From: Spirochaetaceae bacterium
GTDB lineage: Bacteria; Spirochaetota; Spirochaetia; DSM-2461
DNA length: 64,000 bases
Reading direction: 5' to 3'
Assembly: GCA_051531975.1 (NCBI GenBank)
Contig: JAOPTT010000016.1
Location: 1-64,000 of the forward strand
Each line of letters begins with the position of its first letter. The stretch's first letter is position 1. A program made the position numbers and the translations under genes. The notes under the pieces are model-generated. The model saw only the letters and a list, made by a program, of their open reading frames with translations. It ran no database searches and was not told where the DNA came from. This document shows, one piece after another, positions 60,158 through 64,000 of the stretch.

Positions 60158-60757
60158 ATGGCTAAGGTAAAGCTTACTAAAAATGAGCAAAAAAAACAAA
60201 AAGATGCTCTTAAAATGTATTCGCGATATCTACCAACTCTTATTCTTAAAAAGCAACAGCTTCAGATGGAAATTAGAACTGTGGAGCTGAAAGTTAAAGA
60301 TGTGGAGGAGAAAATCTCCGCAATTAACGAAGAGTTTAAAACATGGATAGGTGTTTTTGGTGAAGACGTTGGTCTTGACGGAGACCTTATTAGGGTTAAA
60401 CGAATTGTTACAGAGAATGGTAATATTGCCGGTGTTAATATCCCCATTTTTAAAGGTGCAGAATTTGAAGATATTTCATACGATCTGTTTTTGATGCCAC
60501 TTTGGGTAGATAAAGCGATTGAGAAATTGAAACAAGTTATGCTTTTAGATCTAGAGATTAAAGTTCTTAGAGAACAGGCTAAACTACTTGAGAAGGAACT
60601 TAGAATTACTACTCAGAGAGTTAACCTATTTGAGAAGGTAAAAATACCTGAAACTAAGAGTAATATTAAAAAAATTGCAGTATATCTTGGAGACCAACAG
60701 ACAGCTTCTGTTGTCCGAGGTAAAATTGCAAAGAAAAAATTGGTAAAGGTGTCTTAG
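60158..60757 (+). CDS. V-type ATP synthase subunit D
   Basis: YLPTLILKKQQL, TTQRVNLFEKVKIP. Confidence 0.95.
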   Translation: MAKVKLTKNEQKKQKDALKMYSRYLPTLILKKQQLQMEIRTVELKVKDVEEKISAINEEFKTWIGVFGEDVGLDGDLIRVKRIVTENGNIAGVNIPIFKGAEFEDISYDLFLMPLWVDKAIEKLKQVMLLDLEIKVLREQAKLLEKELRITTQRVNLFEKVKIPETKSNIKKIAVYLGDQQTASVVRGKIAKKKLVKVS

Positions 60758-60758
60758 T

Positions 60759-62546
60759 ATGATTGCTCCGATGAAGAAAGTGTCCATAGTATTATTGGAT
60801 AAAGAAAAACAAGATTCATTAAAGCGTCTAAAAAAACTAGGTCTTGTCCACCTTAGTGAAAATTTTGGCTCTAGTGATGATGTAAAAGCTTTAGAAGAAA
60901 AGATAAAGAATATCGAATCTGTTTTAAGGTTTACAGACGAATCATTAGCTGATGAAACATTAAGTTTTGATGTTAATGAAATAGAATCTGTAATTGATAA
61001 GATTAGTGAAATTGGTAAAGGGGTAGCTCAACTAGAAGAGAAAGAATCTAAGTTTAATAGAGATATTGAAGTTTTAGAACCTTGGGGAGAGTTTAATCCG
61101 TCAGATATAAAAGTATTAGAAGAGAAAGGTGTTAAAATAACACTTCTTGAATTGTCTAAAAAAGAATTTTCTTCAATACCATCTGATGTTAATGTCTTTA
61201 CTATAGATAAAAATAAAACCGCTACATTGGTAGCTGTTGTTGGTGATTGCCCTGACGGGTATACCGAATTTACTCTACCTGAACTTGGTTTGGAAGATAC
61301 AATAGGATCTTTAGAACTTATTTTAGATGAAGTTGATCAAAAGAATATTGTTTTAAAAGAGTTATCTGTCAATCATAATCTTCTTTTAACATTTAAAGAA
61401 TTAATTGAAGATCAGTTAGAGTTTGAGAAAGTTAAAGCTGGTATGGGTTATGATGATAAATTTTCAGTTTTAGATGGTTGGCTTCCAACTTCTAAAATTG
61501 ATAAGTTTAAAAAACTTGCAGCAGATTCTGGTTGGGGTATAGCAATATCTGATCCAGTTAGTGGAGATGATACACCAACTCTTTTAAAAGGGAATAAAAT
61601 TACATCAATGATTCACCCATTATTAGACTTTTTAGGAAATGTTCCAGGTTATTGGGAGAAGGATGTAAGTAGTTTTTTCCTTATATTTTTCACAATCTTC
61701 TTTGCCATGATTATTGGTGATGCAGGGTACGGAATTGTATTTATTGTTTTTACTTTCATTGCACAAATGAAAATGAAAAAAATAAACAATGCACTCCGAC
61801 TCTTTTATGTTATCTCTGGTGCCACAGTATTGTGGGGTGCCGTAACAGGTAACTGGTTTGGTTCTAATATGATTAAAGGTATACCATTTTTTAATGGTTT
61901 TATTTTAAGTCAGCTAGATTCAGATAGGGAGATAATGGAACTTTGTTTTCATATAGCTGTAGTTCATCTAGTATTAGCTAGGTTTATAGCTTTTGTAAAA
62001 GATATGAAAGATGGTAAATTAAGTGGAATTGCAAACCTTGGTTGGTTAGCGATGATATGTGGTTTACTATTTATAGTTAAAAATCTGGTTATTAGTCCAG
62101 TAGACTTTCCAATTCCAACTTTTGCATTAATTGCGATAGCTGTAGGTTTTGGTATGGTTGTAATATTTGGAAACCAAGAGAAGGGTAAAAACTTTGCAAA
62201 AGGGGTAGGTGTTAGTTTAGCATTTAGTCCATTAACAGCATTAGATACTGTTGGAGCATTTGGTGATATTATATCATATGTTAGATTGTATGCTGTTGGT
62301 TTAGCAGGTTTCGCTGTAGCTCAAAGTTTTAATGGTATGGCTGCTCCATTACTTGAAGGTGGTGGGTTTGGTTATGTCGGAGGTGCACTAATATTGTTAG
62401 GTGGTCATGCGTTTAATATTGCAATGGCAGCGTTATCTGTATTAGTCCACGGTGTTAGACTAAATGTTCTGGAGTTCTCATCTCATGCAGATGTTAACTG
62501 GACTGGAAAGAAATTTAGCCCTTTTAGGGAAAAAGAAATTATATAA
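60759..62546 (+). CDS. V-type ATP synthase subunit I
   Basis: MKKVS, FFAMIIGDAGYG, DIISYVRLYAVGLA, HGVRLNVLEF. Confidence 0.95.
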   Translation: MIAPMKKVSIVLLDKEKQDSLKRLKKLGLVHLSENFGSSDDVKALEEKIKNIESVLRFTDESLADETLSFDVNEIESVIDKISEIGKGVAQLEEKESKFNRDIEVLEPWGEFNPSDIKVLEEKGVKITLLELSKKEFSSIPSDVNVFTIDKNKTATLVAVVGDCPDGYTEFTLPELGLEDTIGSLELILDEVDQKNIVLKELSVNHNLLLTFKELIEDQLEFEKVKAGMGYDDKFSVLDGWLPTSKIDKFKKLAADSGWGIAISDPVSGDDTPTLLKGNKITSMIHPLLDFLGNVPGYWEKDVSSFFLIFFTIFFAMIIGDAGYGIVFIVFTFIAQMKMKKINNALRLFYVISGATVLWGAVTGNWFGSNMIKGIPFFNGFILSQLDSDREIMELCFHIAVVHLVLARFIAFVKDMKDGKLSGIANLGWLAMICGLLFIVKNLVISPVDFPIPTFALIAIAVGFGMVVIFGNQEKGKNFAKGVGVSLAFSPLTALDTVGAFGDIISYVRLYAVGLAGFAVAQSFNGMAAPLLEGGGFGYVGGALILLGGHAFNIAMAALSVLVHGVRLNVLEFSSHADVNWTGKKFSPFREKEII

Positions 62547-62568
62547 AGATAGGGTCAAGGAGAATAAA

Positions 62569-62997
62569 ATGGATTTAAATTACGGATTTTTAGGATTTGC
62601 AGCTGCATTAAGTTTAGCAGGTGTTGGTTCAGCTTTTGGAATGGGTTATGCAGGTCAAGCAGCAATTGGTGCATGGAAGAAGTGTTTTGCAACTGGTAAA
62701 CCTGCTCCATTTACACTAATTGTATTTGTTGGTGCGCCACTTACTCAGGTTTTCTACGGAATGATTCTTATGAATGCTATCTTAGCATCTAGTGTTGACC
62801 CTGCAAAAATGTTAGCAGCCGGTCTATTTGGTGGTTTAGCAATGGGTGCTTCAGCATTGATGCAAGGTAAAGCTGGAGCAAGTGCTGCAGATGCTTTAGC
62901 AGAGACTGGTAAAGGTTTTACTAACTATATCATGGTTGTTGGTCTTATTGAGACAGTTGCACTATTTGCAATGGTTTTCTTAATGGGTACAGTTTAA
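62569..62997 (+). CDS. V-type ATP synthase subunit K (double hairpin)
   Basis: Start at ATG 62569 after AAGGAG; four TM helices; GAPLTQVFYG, IETVALF. Confidence 0.93.
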   Translation: MDLNYGFLGFAAALSLAGVGSAFGMGYAGQAAIGAWKKCFATGKPAPFTLIVFVGAPLTQVFYGMILMNAILASSVDPAKMLAAGLFGGLAMGASALMQGKAGASAADALAETGKGFTNYIMVVGLIETVALFAMVFLMGTV

Positions 62998-63020
62998 TAT
63001 TAATATAATTTAGTTTTATT

Positions 63021-63052
63021 AAGGTACAGGTTTTAACCTGTACCTTTTTTTT
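63021..63052 (+). terminator. Intrinsic terminator of the V-ATPase operon
   Basis: AAGGTACAGG-TTTTAA-CCTGTACCTT followed by T-run. Confidence 0.9.
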
Positions 63053-63133
63053 ATTAATTTTTTATTAATTTGATTTATTTTGCAATATGACGGATAATAA
63101 ATTATTAAGATTTAAAAATAATTGGAGAATAAA

Positions 63134-63703
63134 ATGAAAGAGTTTAAAATTAATGTATTTATATCAGAGGGCTGTAGATTAACGCAGAGATCCTCAGAGA
63201 AATTAGTGACTAATGCCGAAGATATATTTATGAATAATGGTTTTAATGTATCATTCAAGATAGATAAAACAACTTATATAGAAAAGATTTTAGATAATGG
63301 TATTTCTATATTTGATTTTAATATGAATAAAGATTTAGATGATAATGATCTAGTTAGCGATGATCCTCATATTATATCAGTAGAAAAACATAAACAATTA
63401 AATCTATTTCCTCATAACGATACAATCAACTTAGTTTTAGTAAAAAGTTTACATGATTCAGGTATCGATTCATGGCCTCATACTGCTACTTTTAAAAATA
63501 CTAATACTATATTTGTTTCTGAAAGTTGTTATGAGTCATCTCTTGCACATAGTTTACTTAATCATTTTGGAGTAAATGATCAGTATCACGATCCCAATTG
63601 TCTATCGTATGGTAGTGATTGTCTAAGAAAAGATACTTTGATGAGTGAAGACGAAAAGTTGATTTTGAGTGAAGAATTGACTGAAAACTTAACAACAGTA
63701 TAA
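63134..63703 (+). CDS. Hypothetical protein with degenerate zincin-like motif
   Basis: GGAG SD before ATG 63134; SLAHSLLNHFGVND...DPNCLSY. Confidence 0.6.
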   Translation: MKEFKINVFISEGCRLTQRSSEKLVTNAEDIFMNNGFNVSFKIDKTTYIEKILDNGISIFDFNMNKDLDDNDLVSDDPHIISVEKHKQLNLFPHNDTINLVLVKSLHDSGIDSWPHTATFKNTNTIFVSESCYESSLAHSLLNHFGVNDQYHDPNCLSYGSDCLRKDTLMSEDEKLILSEELTENLTTV

Positions 63704-63733
63704 AAAAAAAGCTCCGTTAAGGAGCTTTTTTTT
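63702..63733. terminator. Bidirectional intrinsic terminator
   Basis: A9-GCTCC-GTTAA-GGAGC-T8 between convergent genes. Confidence 0.88.
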
Positions 63734-63742
63734 ATTTAAGTA

Positions 63743-63821
63743 AAACTTCAATTAAGAAGTTGTATATTTTTTTGAATAAACTTCAATTAAGAAGTCTTTT
63801 TATAAAGAATAAACATCAATT
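63743..63821. repeat. Short direct repeats at the greA 3' end
   Basis: AAACTTCAATTAAGAAGT at 63743-63760 and 63778-63795; partial copy at 63807-63821. Confidence 0.75.
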
Positions 63822-64000
63822 TTATCTATTTTGTAATTGAAGACTCTTTCATTTATTTCAAAACTTAACTCTTCAGTAACTTCATGACCAAGTAGCTCCG
63901 AACCTAATGGTGACATATAAGAAATGATACTATTTGCAGGATCAGATTCCCAAGTTCCAAGAATTATATAATCTTCTTTTTCATTGGTATCAATATTATT
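63800..64000 (-). CDS. greA: Transcription elongation factor GreA, C-terminal part (runs off window; absent from ORF track)
   Basis: Manual translation NNIDTNEKEDYIILGTWESDPANSIISYMSPLGSELLG...DVYSL*. Confidence 0.85.
   Translation of the reverse strand, partial: NNIDTNEKEDYIILGTWESDPANSIISYMSPLGSELLGHEVTEELSFEINERVFNYKIDKIDVYSL

Overview
AT-rich chromosomal window from a spirochaete (Spirochaetales-like). The assignment rests on periplasmic flagellins flaB x2 and flaA x2, a P83/100 homologue, a PlzA-like PilZ protein, a fused pyrBI and an E-C-A-B-D-I-K V-type ATPase operon. Content is mostly core genome: translation and tRNA modification (rbgA, prfC, tsaB/E, infC-rpmI-rplT, rluA, rlmD-like, rsgA), secA, central metabolism (glpK, type-2 malate/lactate dehydrogenase, malic enzyme, pyk, rex), motility and c-di-GMP genes, zapB-zapA-6S RNA, two tandem tRNA-Leu(UAA), and a LysM/M23 gene followed by an RpoS-like sigma factor. 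I found no transposase, integrase, prophage, cas gene or CRISPR array. The least explained feature is at 1-524: a non-coding, ~190-bp-period degenerate repeat whose units keep a multi-stem fold with compensatory base changes and which is cut by the left edge. Other notable signals are a recurrent leaderless promoter architecture, GGA-rich flagellin leaders, a 14 x 18-bp VNTR in ZapB, and several catalytically degenerate proteins. All calls come from reading motifs by eye; no searches were run.
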